The notes below the pieces were generated by a model. The model ran no database searches and was not told where the DNA came from. It was given only the letters and a program-made list of their open reading frames with translations. DNA of 64,000 bases, from NCBI RefSeq assembly GCF_009914755.1, contig NC_060933.1; one strand, written 5' to 3'. Positions within the stretch are counted from its first letter, which is position 1. Each line of letters begins with the position of its first letter. Origin of the DNA: the human T2T-CHM13v2.0 reference genome, Homo sapiens. Made by a program: the position numbers and the translations under genes. Shown here piece after piece: positions 1-20,309 of this stretch.

Positions 1-1803
<1,803 letters not shown>

Positions 1804-2262
1804 TGACATGTAGAAAAACTTGTCAACTTCCAAAAATTTTTTTCTACTGTGATTTTTCTTGGAATTGTGTTAAATCTTGATTTTGGGGAAGAGTTATCAT
1901 TTTCAAAAAACTCTATTGTTCTCATCCATCAGACATGCCTCTTGTTCTGTTCACATTTATTTCTTTTAGTAAAGATTCATAGTTTTTCTTTGTAAAGATT
2001 CAGGTTTTTTTTCTCATAGGTTCCACCCTTTTTTTTTTAAAGATTATTTTAAGATAGTTTTGGTTTTGTTACTATTTTGCCCAGAATTTTTTTCCATTAC
2101 ATTTTTTACAAATGAGTATTGCTAGTATGTTGGAAAGGAATTCATTTCATATATTAATTTTCTTTCCAGCTTCTTTTACTAAAGTTTTTTTTAACTACTT
2201 CTAATTTTTTGTTAATGTCTTCAGTTTTCTAGGTTGAGAGTCACAGCTTGTCCAAATTATAA

Positions 2263-2679
<417 letters not shown>

Positions 2680-2927
2680 ATCTTGTCTTGCTTTTGATTT
2701 TGCACCACTCATTGTATGATATTGATTCTTGGTTTGAGTTTTTGTCATCAAGTGAAAGAAGATGCATTCATTCCTAATTTTACTAAAAAAAAATAAACTC
2801 AAAAAACAAGAAAAAGCAAAAACAAAACAAAAAATCCAAACAGGGATGGGTGTTGAATTTTAGCAAGTGATTTTCTGCTTTGTTGCAATGTTTATAAGAT
2901 CCTTCTCCTGTTGACCTATTAATGTGA

Positions 2928-3238
<311 letters not shown>

Positions 3239-4327
3239 AATGCGTTAATTTTCAACTATTTTTGCATTTCTTGCATAAGTCCTGCTTGGTCACGGTGGAT
3301 TATTCTTTAATATACAGCTGGATGATAGTTTCCAGCATTTTGCTTAGAGGTTTTGCCTTTTTCCATTTCATGTGTGCAATCAGTAAGTGGTGTTTTTCCT
3401 TTGTGTTTTTTGTCAAGTTTTACCATCAGGGTTTAGCTTTTTCAGTTAATAATCCATTCCCTTCAAGAATCTCAAAATTAATACATGCTTGTAAAATATT
3501 CTACTACTACTCTCAAGAGGTGAAAACACTTTTAACACTCTGGTGTCCTTCCAGATCTTGTGTGCATGTATGTGTATACATTCACTCGTGTTAAACATAC
3601 CTACGTTAAAAAATTATAGTACGTAAAGCATTTTACAACTTGCTTTCTTCCCCCCACATAATATGGCATGAATATCTCTTCCTGTCAGGAAACAGAGATC
3701 CTCCCCATTGTTTTTAATGACTCTATAAGATGCCATTGGAGGAATTAGCCTAATTTACCCACCCATCCCCCTACTGTGGAAAATAGGCTGCTTTCAGTTT
3801 CTTCACAATAAACACACACATATTTGCAAACATATCTACAGAATAGATTCCCAGAGATAAAATTGCTTTGTTAAAGTATAGGAGCATTTTCCATTTGGAA
3901 AGACACCATCCAACTGCCCTCAAACACACTGCGCCATCTTGCGCCTGGACCCACGGAAGATGAGACTGTGTTTCCCCACACCGCCGCCAGCATCCGGGAC
4001 ATCACTCTGCCATTTTTTCCTTGTTTTTTTGCTAGTTTCCTAGGTGGGAGATGGTGTCCTGCCTTAATCAGCATTCATTGATCGTTGGTGACCTTCCAGT
4101 CTTCTGGAGTTTCTCCCTGGGTGTCTCTGGGGCTCCTGCGGCTCCATCATCTTTCCCAAGGGAGGAAGTGGCTTTCGCCGGTCAGAGGTGAGGATGCAGG
4201 CGTGCAGAGCAGATGTGTTTGGGCCACACACTTGCCTGGGAGCTGGAACGGCTGGGACTCTGGTTGCATGTTCCGGGTTGTGTGTGTGTACCTGTGATTT
4301 TTATTGTCACCCTGAGTGACATTGCTA

Positions 4328-4633
<306 letters not shown>

Positions 4634-6324
4634 TGACATTGCTATTAACCAGCCTTGCCTCATGAAATAGAAACCATCAGTCCTTCTTCTGAGGGGAAAA
4701 TTCACTCTCTTAACCTGGCCCTGGGCACGTCCCTCCTTGGAGGCCTGGAGGCCTGGAGGTCTGAGCGGCCCGTGAGGTGTGAGCTGGACTAGGCACGTCC
4801 CTGTCATTCCCAGGGTGCCTGATGGGTTGGCGGGGAGTGGCCTGGCTGGGCCAAATAACACCTCATCAAAGGGCTTTCCAGGCGAGGAACTGTGCAGGGG
4901 AGGGGTGCTAGAAAGAGATGGCCCAGGGTGCCTGCAGGGGGAGGACCAGAAAGGTGAGGAAGCCATGGGTCTGAGGGCAGGAGGTCCCTGGAGGGGCAGG
5001 GGTGGGTGGGTGGGTGTGTCAGGTCAGCCTGTACAGCCTGACCTGGTCTGGTTCCTGGGGATCCCCCTGCACCCATTAATCACTTACTCCATCTTCAATT
5101 CTCAAGGGTCCCCTGGGGGCCAGGCAGGGTGCTGGCTTGCCTTGGCACCTGCAGTCCAGCCAGAAAGGCCCATGGTGAATAGCCAAGTTCCTAGGCATCT
5201 CATCACAGCTGTGGCTGCCCGCAATGACATTCCTGAGGGAGTGACGTTGAAGCTGAGGTGGAGAGAAGCTGGGTGGGTGGGGGAGGGTCAGAGCAGGACG
5301 GGGAACAGCACTCCAGGCAGAGGGAACAGCAGAAACAATGGCTGTGAGGTTGGCAGAAATATCTCCTTGATTGAACATTAGCAGGTGGAGTTGACAGGGA
5401 CACTCAGGGTGGAGCTGGGCTCCATCACTGGGTGTTCAGGGAGAGGCCCTGGGGAGGAGGCCCCGAGGAGAGTTGCTTGCTGGACTCCTGGACACTGAAG
5501 AGGAGGCAGATAAAGGTTCTGGAGCCATTTTGGCTCTTTGGGCAGAACCACCCACCCAGTTGGCTCTTGTGCCATTGTGTCTGTCCCTTGAGGGTGTCTT
5601 TGAGGGAATCACGTTTGCCCAGACGGGCTCAGGGGCTGTCTGAATTCTAGCAGGCTTGACATCACTTTCTCCAACCCCTGCCCTTTAGAGATGGGATAGC
5701 TGAGTCTTGGGGAGGGGAGGTGGTTTGATGATGGTGGTGGCTGAGTGCGGGACCTACCTGGGGTCACTGCAGCTGGAGGAGGGGGATATGTGGATCCAGG
5801 GCTGGCTCCAAAATTCCAGCCCCACTTGGAGAGAGAAGCAGGGGCAAGACAGGCCCCAGGAAGAGGCCTCGGCCTGAGATATTTCTGAGACTGGGTTCTG
5901 AGTGCCTGACTGCAGCCTTGACCGTGTCCACCGGGACACATGAAGCTGGGCGAGGAAGTGGGGCACCACGTGGGTGAGGGGTTAGGCCGTTCCACCCATG
6001 CGTGCTCCTCACATGTCTGAGACAGTTCATGGGGCTGGCCCCACACCCTCCTCTTGCCCAGTGGAAAAAACCCCGCCTGTGGCTTGGTGGTTCCAGGCCA
6101 GGCTTCTGGGGCTCACATGCTGGAAGAGGGCTTGAGTGGAGCCAAGGTCACGGGTTTAATCATCCCTGCAGCCAGCAGGCCTGCTCGGAGGGACTGCACG
6201 CCACATCTGCCCAGCTGTTTGGCAAATGCCCACCCTCAGTCCTGAATCTCCCTCCCTCTGCAGGCACAGGACAAGGGTCTGGGGAATGAGTTCTGAGTGT
6301 CTACAGCTTCATGGGTGGTTGACA

Positions 6325-7198
<874 letters not shown>

Positions 7199-7345
7199 GC
7201 CATCATTGTTTTTGGAGGCAGTATAGTCAGTGGCAAAGGGAACAGGCATTGGAATGAAACGTTTGTGGATCTGGACATTGTACAAGGTTGAAAAGTGTTC
7301 TTCCAAAATTCATGTCCTTCCTGGGACTGCAGAATGAGACCCTAT

Positions 7346-7964
<619 letters not shown>

Positions 7965-8131
7965 GCCGTGGTGAAGGACAGAGACAGGGTCACTGCATGC
8001 GTGATGTATCCAGTCAACTCTTGCCCCAGATCTTCCCCCCTGACATGGAGGGGCTGTCTTCTCTTGGGGCCTCAGTTTCCACATCTTTAGAAAGGTGGGG
8101 GTCTTCAGATCTCTTCCTCCTCAACATTGTT

Positions 8132-8427
8132 GTTTTGTTTTTTTTGAGATGGAGTCTCGCTCTATCACCCAGGCTGGAGTGCGGTGTCACAGTCTCGGCT
8201 TCCTGCAACCTCTGCCTCCCAGGTTCAAGCAACTCTCCTGCCTCAGCCTTTTGAGTAGCTGGGATTACAAGCATGTGCCACCACGCCCAGCTAAGTTTTG
8301 TGTTTTTAGTAGAGATGAGGTTTCACCATGTTGGCCAGGCTGGTCTCAAACTCCTGACCTCAATTCATCCGCCTGCCTGGGCCTCCCAGAGTGCTGATAT
8401 TACAGGCGTGAGCCACCGTGCCCGGCC
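8132..8427 (-). mobile_element. Alu (S-type)
   Basis: Full dimer; TSD ctcaacattgtt. Confidence 0.9.
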
Positions 8428-8513
8428 CTCAACATTGTTATGTTTGGCACATAGGTTGTGGTCAAATTGACTTTTCTGAAGTTGATTCTTGCTGAAGACC
8501 AAATGGTGAAAGC

Positions 8514-9310
<797 letters not shown>

Positions 9311-9597
9311 GAGGCCAACCTTAAAATCCTTTCCAGGGCTCTCTGGTCCAGGGGATCCTTCCTATTAAAATGATGTTTGACTGAGTAACTTTCTGAAAAT
9401 TTGCTCACACTTACTTGTTCAGTGAAAAGAATCAGGTTAGAAATAGTATGTTATTTATACTTCAATAAAAATTCTGCTTAAAATAGTATGTATTTTTGTA
9501 AGATGTATTTATACATTTAAATATATGAATATAAAAATTAAAGGTTATATACAAAAATGAAAATTATTATCTCTGGTTGGTAGAAATACAGGCAATT

Positions 9598-10015
<418 letters not shown>

Positions 10016-10038
10016 TCATATCCCAGCACTGCCACTTA

Positions 10039-10683
<645 letters not shown>

Positions 10684-11562
10684 GACTTGGACCTACCAGG
10701 TGCTAGGAGGAATTTAGTGAGCTGATACACAGGAAGCATCTCAGGACATAGCCTGGCACTTACAAGGTATTTAGTAACTGTCATTATCATTCATGTCATG
10801 TTAATTTCTTTTTACAGTGAACATGTGTGATTACCTAACAATGAAATAACCAGCACTGAGTGAAATGATTGCTCTTCTTAGTCAAAGTAGAATTTGAGGA
10901 CCTCATATTGAAGCAACACTGTCTTTGACTGCACTGTGTGAGAACACCCGCTGGAGCCTGGCCAAGGGCACGCTCACGTTAGCAGTGCCTCTTCCCATTT
11001 GCTGAGCCTTTGCTCCATGCCAAGCTGCGTGCTAAGCTCTGTGCCAGGGGTTTAGCTACCTGGTTTCACTGAATTCTCACAGTGATGGTTCTTGGTCAGG
11101 AGAAATGGCGTTGTTACATGTCTCGTTCTACAGATGAAGAAACTGAGGCTTGGGGCAGTGAAGTGAGCTCTGCCTGAGAGTCCCCATAGCCCAAAAAGGA
11201 TAAAGGAAGGGTTCCAGTCAGATCTGGCCAAGCTCCAAGGCTGAGGACTGAGCTGCTGCAGTTGGGCTGAATTCATTACTGTGTAGTTCAGAGGAAAGGA
11301 CGTGGTGGGGATGGCCAGGGCAGGCGAGGGAGGACAGGGTGGGACGAGACGGATAAACACAGAGCAGAGGGGCCGGGGCCACGGGGGAAGCTGGTGTCAG
11401 CTCATCCTCGATCATTGTGAGGCATGCTGGATAATTCTACAGGCTTTCCTTTCTAAGAAAGACTGAGCTCCGCCAACTGGTTGCTGAGAATGAAAGTTTG
11501 TTTACAGCAACTGGAATTTAGAATTCCTGAACTAAAAATAGTCTGTTATTAGAGTTCACTGA

Positions 11563-11868
11563 GGCTGGGCACAGTGGCTCACACCTGTAATCCCAGCACT
11601 TTGGGAGGCTGAGGTGGGAGCATCACTTGAGGTCAGGAGTTCAAGACCAGCCTGGCCAACATGGCGAAACCCCGTCTCTACTAAAAATACAAAAATTTGC
11701 TGGGTGTGGTGGCACATGACTGTGGTCCCAGCTACTCAGGGGGCTGAGGCAAGAGAATCGCTTGAACCTGGGAGGTGGAGGTTGCAGTGAGCCGAGATCA
11801 TGCCACTATACTGCAGCCTGGGCGACAGAGCGAGACTCTTTCTCAATAAATAAATAAATAAAATAAAA
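11563..11868 (+). mobile_element. Alu (S-type) with (TAAA)n tail
   Basis: Full dimer. Confidence 0.92.
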
Positions 11869-12229
11869 TACATAGGGTGCACTGAGGACTCAAATATTTT
11901 CCTAAGAAACCTGATGTCCACACGACCTTACACAATCCCCACTATGCGCTTATCCTCAGGATCCCCGGAACGCCAGCCCTGCTGTCCAGCACTGGTAGTG
12001 TTGTCTTATGTTGGCGTGGATCTCCATTACTGCTATTTTTTAAAAAAAAAAAACTCTTTGTTAGTGAACATTTCAAACATATACAACATAAGTAGAAGAT
12101 AATAATGAATCTCCATGTACCCATCACCCAGCATTGCCAAATGTTAAACAGCCCCGTCATTCTCGTCTTGTCTGTACCTCCTCCCACCCCCAACCCACCC
12201 CCCACTCAGTGACGATCATTTGTTCTAGT

Positions 12230-12880
12230 GCTTTGCTTATGGGGTAAATTTACATACATTGAAATGCTCCGATCTTAGCTGCACACTTTTGACAAATGAT
12301 ACACTGAGGATCCCACATTCCTATCACAATATAGAATGTTTCTGTCTCAGACAGTTCCTTCCAAGTCAAGCTCCTCAGGCAACCTCTGTTCTGTTTTTCT
12401 TCACCTTAGATTAATTTTGACTGTTCCAGAACTTACTATAAATGGAACCATACTGTGTGTGCTGTTTTGCGTCTGGCTTCTCTCGCGTGGGAGGTGCCCC
12501 TGTTGTTGCCTATATTGGTAGTTGTCCTGTCTTATTGCTGAGGACAACCTGGTTCTGTGAATTTACCAGTTTGTTTATCTCTCCACCAGATGATGGACAT
12601 CTGGCTTGTGTCCAGTGTTGGACTATTGTGAATACAGCTGCTATGAACCTTTGAGTACAAGCCTTTGTGTGAACATATGTTTTCATTTCTCTTGGGGACA
12701 TACCTAGGTGTGGAATGGCTGGACCCCATGGTAGGTGCATGTGTAACGTTTTAGAAACTTCCATTGTTGCTCAAAGTGGTTAAACCATTTTGTGTTCCCA
12801 CCAGCAGTGAATGAAAGTTCCAGTTGCTCCACATCCTTGCCAACCTTGAGTGCAGTCAATCTTTGTCATTTTTATTGCTG
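12230..12880 (-). mobile_element. L1M 3' fragment, antisense
   Basis: gatggacatctggcttgtgtccag...ttcatttctcttgggg...ttcccaccagcagtgaatgaaagttccagttgctccacatcc. Confidence 0.8.
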
Positions 12881-13376
12881 TTCTTTTTAAAATGAGCTCA
12901 TACATAGATGGGGTTTCTGGAAGGTTTTTCTTTTGTTGAGCAGCTGGTGTTGGAGAGTTGCTGTGTGTCCCAGAATGGATTGTTTGTTTGCTTCTTGTTT
13001 CTTTGTCTTCCCAGAATTCCTTCTCCACTGACTGGCAGCCGGTGGGATGTTGGAGGTGGGGGTTCTTAGGAGAGTCTTGGTCACCAAAGGTTGGGAGCTG
13101 CTGTCCGGAGGGAGGAGCTGGGGCTTGCCCTCTGCCTCACCTCTGCTTCCCTGGAGCTCGGGTCCTGCTTTGGTGCTGGGCATGGGGCAGAGTGGTGTGA
13201 CCTTGTTTTCTGGTCTGATCCTGCAGCTCCGGGAGCTGCTCCCTGATCTCTCCCCGTCTTGTGTGCCAGCCTCAGCTCCTCTGAACATCCATCCTCATGT
13301 CGCCGACAAACCAGCCCACCGGGCTGTGTGTCTAGGAGTCCCAGCCCATCTGGGCGTCCCTCTCTCTTCTCCACAG

Positions 13377-13447
13377 ATATTGGCCCAGTGACCCTCACGG
13401 CGGACCCCACAGTGTTTCAGAGGGAGCTGAGAGAACTCTACGTGCAG
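13377..13447 (+). CDS. HMCN2: HMCN2 exon 2 (vWA): [24 protein letters not shown]
   Basis: tctcttctccacag|AT...CAG|gtgggc; 71 nt, phase 1-0. Confidence 0.95.
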
Positions 13448-13931
13448 GTGGGCAGCCCCTGACCCTCTGTCCCACTCTTTCCAGTCTGTGTCCCACCAAT
13501 AGGGTTTGGGGAGGTAGCTTCGAGTGATTCCCTCTTGCCCAGCCTCCACCTCTCCCTCCTCCTGGGTGAATGTGTGGCTTCCTTAGGCCATCTGTTAGCT
13601 GCTCCCATGGCCCCCTCCATCCTTGCCCACTCGAAGTACTCGTCACGGTGCTGGGCTTATTGGTGTAGTGACTGCCCTCCATGCCAGATTCCATGGGGGT
13701 GGGCCCGTGTCACTCTTGCATGGATGAATGAATGAATGGATGAATGATGCTGCTTATCTACAGTTAAAGCAGGTTGGATGTTATATCGTGTCTCCGGGAA
13801 GAAAGTGACTGGGTGGGCAGGAGGTGACAGTTCAAGGTGACTCCCTATGCCCAGTGGTTTTGGAGATGTCCCTGGGTGGGTCCCATCTGGAGGAGGCAGG
13901 TGGCAGCTGCTGACATGCTTCTGCCCTCCAG

Positions 13932-14090
13932 GGAGGTGGTGACTGCCCGGAGATGAGTGTGGGGGCCATTAAGGCTGCCGTGGAGGTTGCCAACCCCGGA
14001 TCCTTCATCTACGTCTTTTCGGATGCCCGCGCCAAAGACTATCACAAGAAGGAAGAGCTGCTGCGGCTCCTGCAGCTCAAGCAATCACAG
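13932..14090 (+). CDS. HMCN2: HMCN2 exon 3 (vWA): [37 protein letters not shown]...QLKQSQ
   Basis: ctgccctccag|GGA...CAG|gtgggt; 159 nt, phase 0-0; vWA-type VFSD motif. Confidence 0.96.
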
Positions 14091-14961
14091 GTGGGTGAGC
14101 CGGCTGTGGGGGCCCAAAGTGGGGTCCCCCGGGGGTCCCGAGGAAGCTGGGGTCTCTCTCACCACCTGAGCCACCTCCTGGAGAGCAGAGCTGGGCACTT
14201 CTCTTCCACAGCCTTGGGTCCAGCCTCTGCCATGCATGGCCAGAGCCTCCGAACCAAGTTGGCCCAGGAAGTGTGAGTGTGCTCTCATGCTGTAGGCCCA
14301 GGCCAGGGCTCACACTTCCCTGGCGCAGCTTGTTCCTGTTGGAGACCATACCACCTACTCCTTTCACCCCCATCAAAGTCCAGGCAACCCGTCTTCCTCC
14401 TGGCATCGCCTCTGCTCCTGTTCTCTGCCGTTCCTGTCCCCTTTGCCATTGTCTCAGGGTTTGGAAGACCTGTCGGATCCCTTGCTTCTGGCTTTTGCAG
14501 TGAGGGCTGGGAGAGGGGACCTGATCAAGGGAGGGAGAAGAGCCTGCTCTTTGGCATCCTTGGGCAAGATCCACAGGGCCGGGACTGCTTCTCTGCCGCC
14601 ACGTCTAGAACTTGCTTGGGTTCTTCAAGGTTCTTCTAAGTCTGCAGCCTCCAGGGGCCACTCTGAGATGAGTCGACTTCCACGCTCGTCTTTATTGTTG
14701 ATTTAATAGCAGTTCCCAATATGGAGCACCTACTGTTTTCCTGGCCCTGTGCTGAGCATTTGTCCTGCATCAGCTCCTGATCCCCATGAGATGGGCACTT
14801 CTATTTTCCCTTCTATTCATGTGTCATATGTCATTCTATACATGTGACAGACAGAGGAGAGGGCCCACTCCAGGTCACTCCACCCTGGTCGAGGTCCTGC
14901 TGCTCACCCCTGAAGCAGCCGGCCAGGGAAGTCGAGAGCAGGCTGCACGTCCATCTTCCAG

Positions 14962-15084
14962 GTGGTCTTTGTGCTGACGGGGGACTGTGGCGACCGCACC
15001 CATCCTGGCTACCTGGCTTATGAGGAGATCGCTGCCACCAGCTCTGGGCAGGTGTTCCACCTGGACAAGCAGCAAGTGACAGAG
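14962..15084 (+). CDS. HMCN2: HMCN2 exon 4: [41 protein letters not shown]
   Basis: catcttccag|GTG...GAG|gtgagc; 123 nt, phase 0-0. Confidence 0.96.
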
Positions 15085-16238
15085 GTGAGCACTGGGAGGG
15101 GGCACCATCCCGGAGCCCATCACTCGGGCACGGTGAGGACACTGACCATCCCTGTGGCTCCAGGTGGTTGAATGACAATCAATCATCCAGAGATGCAGGG
15201 ACATCTATATAGCTGAGCAGCACTGGGTGCACACCTGTGGCAGGCACAGGACGCGCTGTGCTCAGGTGCCACCACATCATCTTATCTCGCCAAACCCTTC
15301 CACCTGTCCCAAAGGCAGGTGCTTCCGTGTTTCCAGGCAAAATTGTGCAGGTAAAGAGGCTGAGGCTTGACGCAGCCCCTTGGGATGGCCTGGGTTCAGC
15401 AGTTGGTCCAGGCTGACAAGGTGGCCCCAGAGACTGTGGCAGAAATGTGGGTATGGGGCATCTTCTGAGTGTCTCCCCAGAGTCAGGGAACCTGCGGTGG
15501 GTGGAGGAACACAGGAGCTCTCAGGTCCAGGCAGTGGTGCTGGGCACTGGGCAGGGAGGGGCTGGCTTGCTGTGTGGCCTACAGTGCCGGGATCTGCGTT
15601 CACTCAGAGCCCAGTGCTCCGCAGGCACCTGCCACTCAGCCTTGCTCCTGGACAGGGCTCTGTCCTTCCTCCTCTCGGGGCTCCATGGTATCATCCTGTT
15701 CAGGGCTGTCCCTGCTTTCCCTCCACCCCACACTCCCGTCCGCTCCCAGGAGCACAGGATCCTTTCAGGGGCCAGCTGGGAAATGATGAACAACGCTCTC
15801 TCTGGAAAGGACAAGCACACCCATTTCCGTGGTATAAATGCTCCCACCTCGGCTGATTCCAAGTCAGAGTTGGGAAGTGACGCTGACACTCAGCTTTCCG
15901 GAGCCTACACAAGTGGCTCCCACACACCACTGGATCCCGCACAGGCACCTCTCACCGCCAGGTCCCTCCCGCTTGTCCCCTGGAGAATGTCCAGCCCCTT
16001 ATCTGACCCCTCTGCCTTTCTGGTCCCCCTGGTATCCCCTTGCCCAAACTTGCTACCCTGCTGGCTTCTCTGCTATCTCTCCAATGTCCTACGCTCCTCC
16101 CCGCCCGGGGCCTTTGCTGGTGCGGCCCATTCTTCGAGCTCCTCCTCTCCTGGCTCCTTCTCACCTTCCTAGTCTTGGCTTAAGCGCACCTCCTCATGGA
16201 GACCCTCCTTGATTTCCTTTCAATATTAAGTCTCCTAT

Positions 16239-16321
16239 TGCTTGAACCTGGGAGGCGGAGGTTGTGGTGAGCCAAGATCGTGCCATTGCACTCCAGCCTG
16301 GGCAACAAGAGTGAAACTCTG

Positions 16322-16352
<31 letters not shown>
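16239..16352 (+). mobile_element. 5'-truncated Alu (right-arm end plus poly-A)
   Basis: TSD atta(a/g)gtctcct. Confidence 0.88.
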
Positions 16353-16354
<2 letters not shown>

Positions 16355-19300
16355 TTAGGTCTCCTTGTGTGCCCCTCCCAGCTCCCTGTGCTACTTTGCA
16401 TAATCATAACTTTATAACTGTGCGATTATTAAATGTCACTAGGCCGTGAAGTTTCCAGGGACTGGGCTGTGAGTCCCGATGGCCACAGCCTTCCCAGCAC
16501 TTTACATTTCCCAGCTCAGAGCAGGTGCTGGGTAAATAGCTGGTGAATGGACAGGGTCCCTTGTGCTCAAGTCCCTGGTAAGAGGAAGGAGAGAGAGGCA
16601 GGGTGTCTGAGGCTGGCCATGGCCTTGAGCCAGTCCTGCTTTGTTGCCTCTGGGAGAGGGTTTTGTGTGTGTATATTTACGAGCTGCAGAGAGCTATCTC
16701 CAGGAGTGTGTTTAGATTAGCGTGCCTTAACTCCCTGTTGACAGATGGCGTTTATGGTTCTCTGCGACACTTTAGGCTTCATTTTTTGGCATGTCAGCCT
16801 ACCCTCGCACCGAGTCACCCAAGCAAGGGTGGGAGGCATTTTACAGTGGAAGGATGGGTTGGTTCTTGCTCCTGGGGAGAACTATCTGGCCAATTGCATG
16901 GGAACTTGGTTCCTGCCAGGGGCAAATCAGACACAGGGCAGCTGGGCAGGTTGATGGGGGCCACTCGCCCAGGTGTGAGGCTGGGCTGTCCTAAGCCTCT
17001 TCCTTGAGGCTGGGAACCTGGGCAAATCCACTACTCCCAGCTGTGGTGCCAGCTTTCTGCTGTGACAGTCTGGCCGGGCAGCATGTGTCTGACTCAGTAG
17101 GACCACCAGTGGCCAGAATTGGCTACCTCTAAGTAGGGGCCTGGAACCCTCTCCTTCCTGGGCATGGAGCTCTGTTGTTCTTTAGCTTAATGCCTTGGAC
17201 ATAGCCTCTTCCAGATGTTCCCAGACATTCGGCAAGCCTGGGAAGGTGGCTGGACAGCCAGGGCTGCGGTCACCCTCCCAGGAGAGATGAACGGTGCCTT
17301 CACCCTAGCCAAGGGGCCTCCAGCTGGGAGAACTCCCCAGAAGTTGCAAAAGGCTCCAAACTATGCGTGTGTCATTAATCCTTTTACCTCTTCAGAGTGC
17401 ATCCAGTGCAGCCCAAGAGGCGTCATGCATTCTCTTCCCCTTGTTTGCTGAGCTCCTGCCCCGGGCCAGGTGCAGCTCTGAGTGCTGGTGCAGAGTTGGC
17501 CATCAGTCACAGCTAGGGCTTACTGCTTTGGAGCATTTCACTTTTTTTTCAATTGTGAAGTTGGCCTCACTAGTACCTGGATCACCCCTTGGGGTTGCAG
17601 GGTAATTAAAGGAAGGTGAGGATCTCTCCCTGGTAGGGGAAATTTGGAGCTTTTATAATCCTTAAACAGACAGGGGATCATGTCAGAGGCAGGCAACGTG
17701 GCCCCTTGAACCTGCCCCAAAGGTGTGCATTTTTGATTAAGACTTAGACAAGTCCAAGCACCTGCTGTGTCAGAGCAGCCTCCCCCAAGTTCCCTGGCAG
17801 ACACAGCTCAACGCACTGTCACTAGCCCCGACAGTGGTGGGGGTGGGGCCAGCAGAGCTGGGCAAACTTGCCTGTCCTGCAGCTCCCCCGTGCCTGGGAA
17901 AGCCCCTCTGTCTTTTTTTCCTGGGAGAGCACTGGGCATCTTGCTCTCCTCTGCATCCCCCACCCCACAACTCACACGTTCCAGCACGGCTGGTTCTGGG
18001 GGCTGGGAGCCTTCCCATGTTCAGCACCAGCAGGCACAAAGGGTGAATTGCCCGTGTTCTGTGCATCTGCTAGGAGAAAGGTGTCCTTCTAAGACAGTAA
18101 GGGCGGGCGGAAGATGGGGGGGTGAGGGGGAGCTGCTGGGGGAGCGTCTGACCAGGTGGCTCTGATTAAATTCATCAGCAGGGGCCCAGAGATGACCTCA
18201 TCCTGGACCCCTCCCAGGGGGAGGTGGTTAGGGTTTAGACTCCGGGGCAAGAGGCCTGGCTTCAGACCTCGCAGCCCTGCCACTTACCTGCAGGGTGACT
18301 GCCAGCACAGTCCTCAACCTCTCTGGGCCACACTTTCTTCTTGTGTGCAGTTGGGTTAACGAGAGCCCCTACCTGGTGAGATGGTAGCCAGGGAGAGAGG
18401 AAGCCCTTGGTAAGAGTTCACGATGGCTAAATGCCATCCCACCCCCCCGTGCTTCAATGTGGAGCCCAGGATATGTCCCTCAGTTCCATCAATGCCCCCT
18501 GAAGACTAGGAACTCTCTCTGAAAAAGATTCTCTGCTAGGGCGAGTGCCCAGGGTGCCCAGCTGGCAAGGGGCAAAACCCCCTGACTAGGGTTCTCTCTC
18601 TGTCACTTCACGGTGAGCCTCCTGGCACAGGGCCCAGGACCCACAGCCCCATCCTCTGTGTTCTCATCTGTGCCTCGGGGGCCCATTCGCCCCCTGGCTT
18701 TCCTTCCCTGCTTCCTCAGCCGCCCTGGCTGTCAAATGTTCTGGGAGGATCCTCGGGGATGATTTATCTGCTGCGAAGGGTCGAGCAGCAGCCATCTGGC
18801 TGGGGGAGCACTGCCAGATTTTTCGTTCCTTCCCCATGGGTGACAGAGATGAGCCCCAGTGCATCGCAGGCTCGCTGGTCCCCCAGCCCCTCTAACATCT
18901 GGAAGCCATTGCCTTCACCAGATGAACATTGAGCTGGCTTAATGAAGGCTGTCTGCGCTGGAGCCCTGGCACCACAGGTCTAGAAGGCAATGTCCCCAGG
19001 CCTGGCCCTACAGGGGGGTCTGGCCCTGCTGTGGGCAAGAGGGTCAGCCCCCCAACTCCCAAGTGGGGATATGCTTACAGGGCAGGCCATCCTGTGGGTC
19101 ACTGGCTTTCTGCCTCGTGTCCCAGCCCTCTCTGTGGTTCAGTAGTCTGAATTGCCGAGCATCTTCCCTCCATCAGAACATCCTAGAACAAGCTTGTAAC
19201 AGCAGTTACGACACAGTAGCGGGTGTCACTCCTCTGGGTAATTGTCGACTGGTGCTTTGCTCAGTGATGCTTCCCTCCTGACCCCTGACAAGGCCTGGCC

Positions 19301-19979
19301 CGGGGGAAGGGGACGGTGGTAACGGACCTGCTTCTTTGCTGTTGGAGGAGTTGCCTCACATGTTCGGCGGGCTTCTGTGGGCCTCTCCAGCTGGGAGTCC
19401 TCAGCCACTGCTCCCTTCTGTCCACCCCCACATGGACGAAGAACCTTGTCCTCATTCCTTGGCTAAGACAGGTGGGACCTTTTCAAGAGACACATTACTT
19501 AGAAAGCTAGGCAAGACACAACAATGAAGTAGCTCCAATTATAAAAACAGATGCATTTTCAGAATACAGAATTCTTGTCACGTGATAGTTGAAATCTAGC
19601 CATAAACTTCTAGGCACATATCTTCTAGCTCAGTCTGAAAAAAAAAAACAAAAACAAAAACCCAAAAACCTCATTTTCCAATTCTTTGGATTCCTTTCCC
19701 TTTTTGTAGAAGATCACATGGTAAGCAGAGCTGAAGGACTATGATTTAGAGCAAGAATGACCAATAAGTAGCATGCAAGACACCACTTTTAAAACCCATA
19801 TTCATGGCAGACATTGCTAATCAATCACAGACCTTTTTCTACTTGGGGCTGAATGTGGCTTTGCCTTTCTTCTTCAGCTTTCCAGGAAGCGTTTCCCTTA
19901 GCTTGGAGTTGGCAAGCAACAGTATACCACTGTGATTGTTCAGGTGTATATTAAAGTCACAGCATACTTGCATACTTGA

Positions 19980-20283
<304 letters not shown>

Positions 20284-20309
20284 GCATACTTGTTATTTTT
20301 AAATGACTT

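Noticed and set aside
3930-3942. YY1-like GCGCCATCTTG motif
   Set aside because: Short and isolated within degenerate L1-like sequence; no CpG island or promoter context.
4779-5381. 200-aa ORF in intron 1
   Set aside because: GTG start, no recognisable domain, and the 3' part overlaps L2-like sequence.
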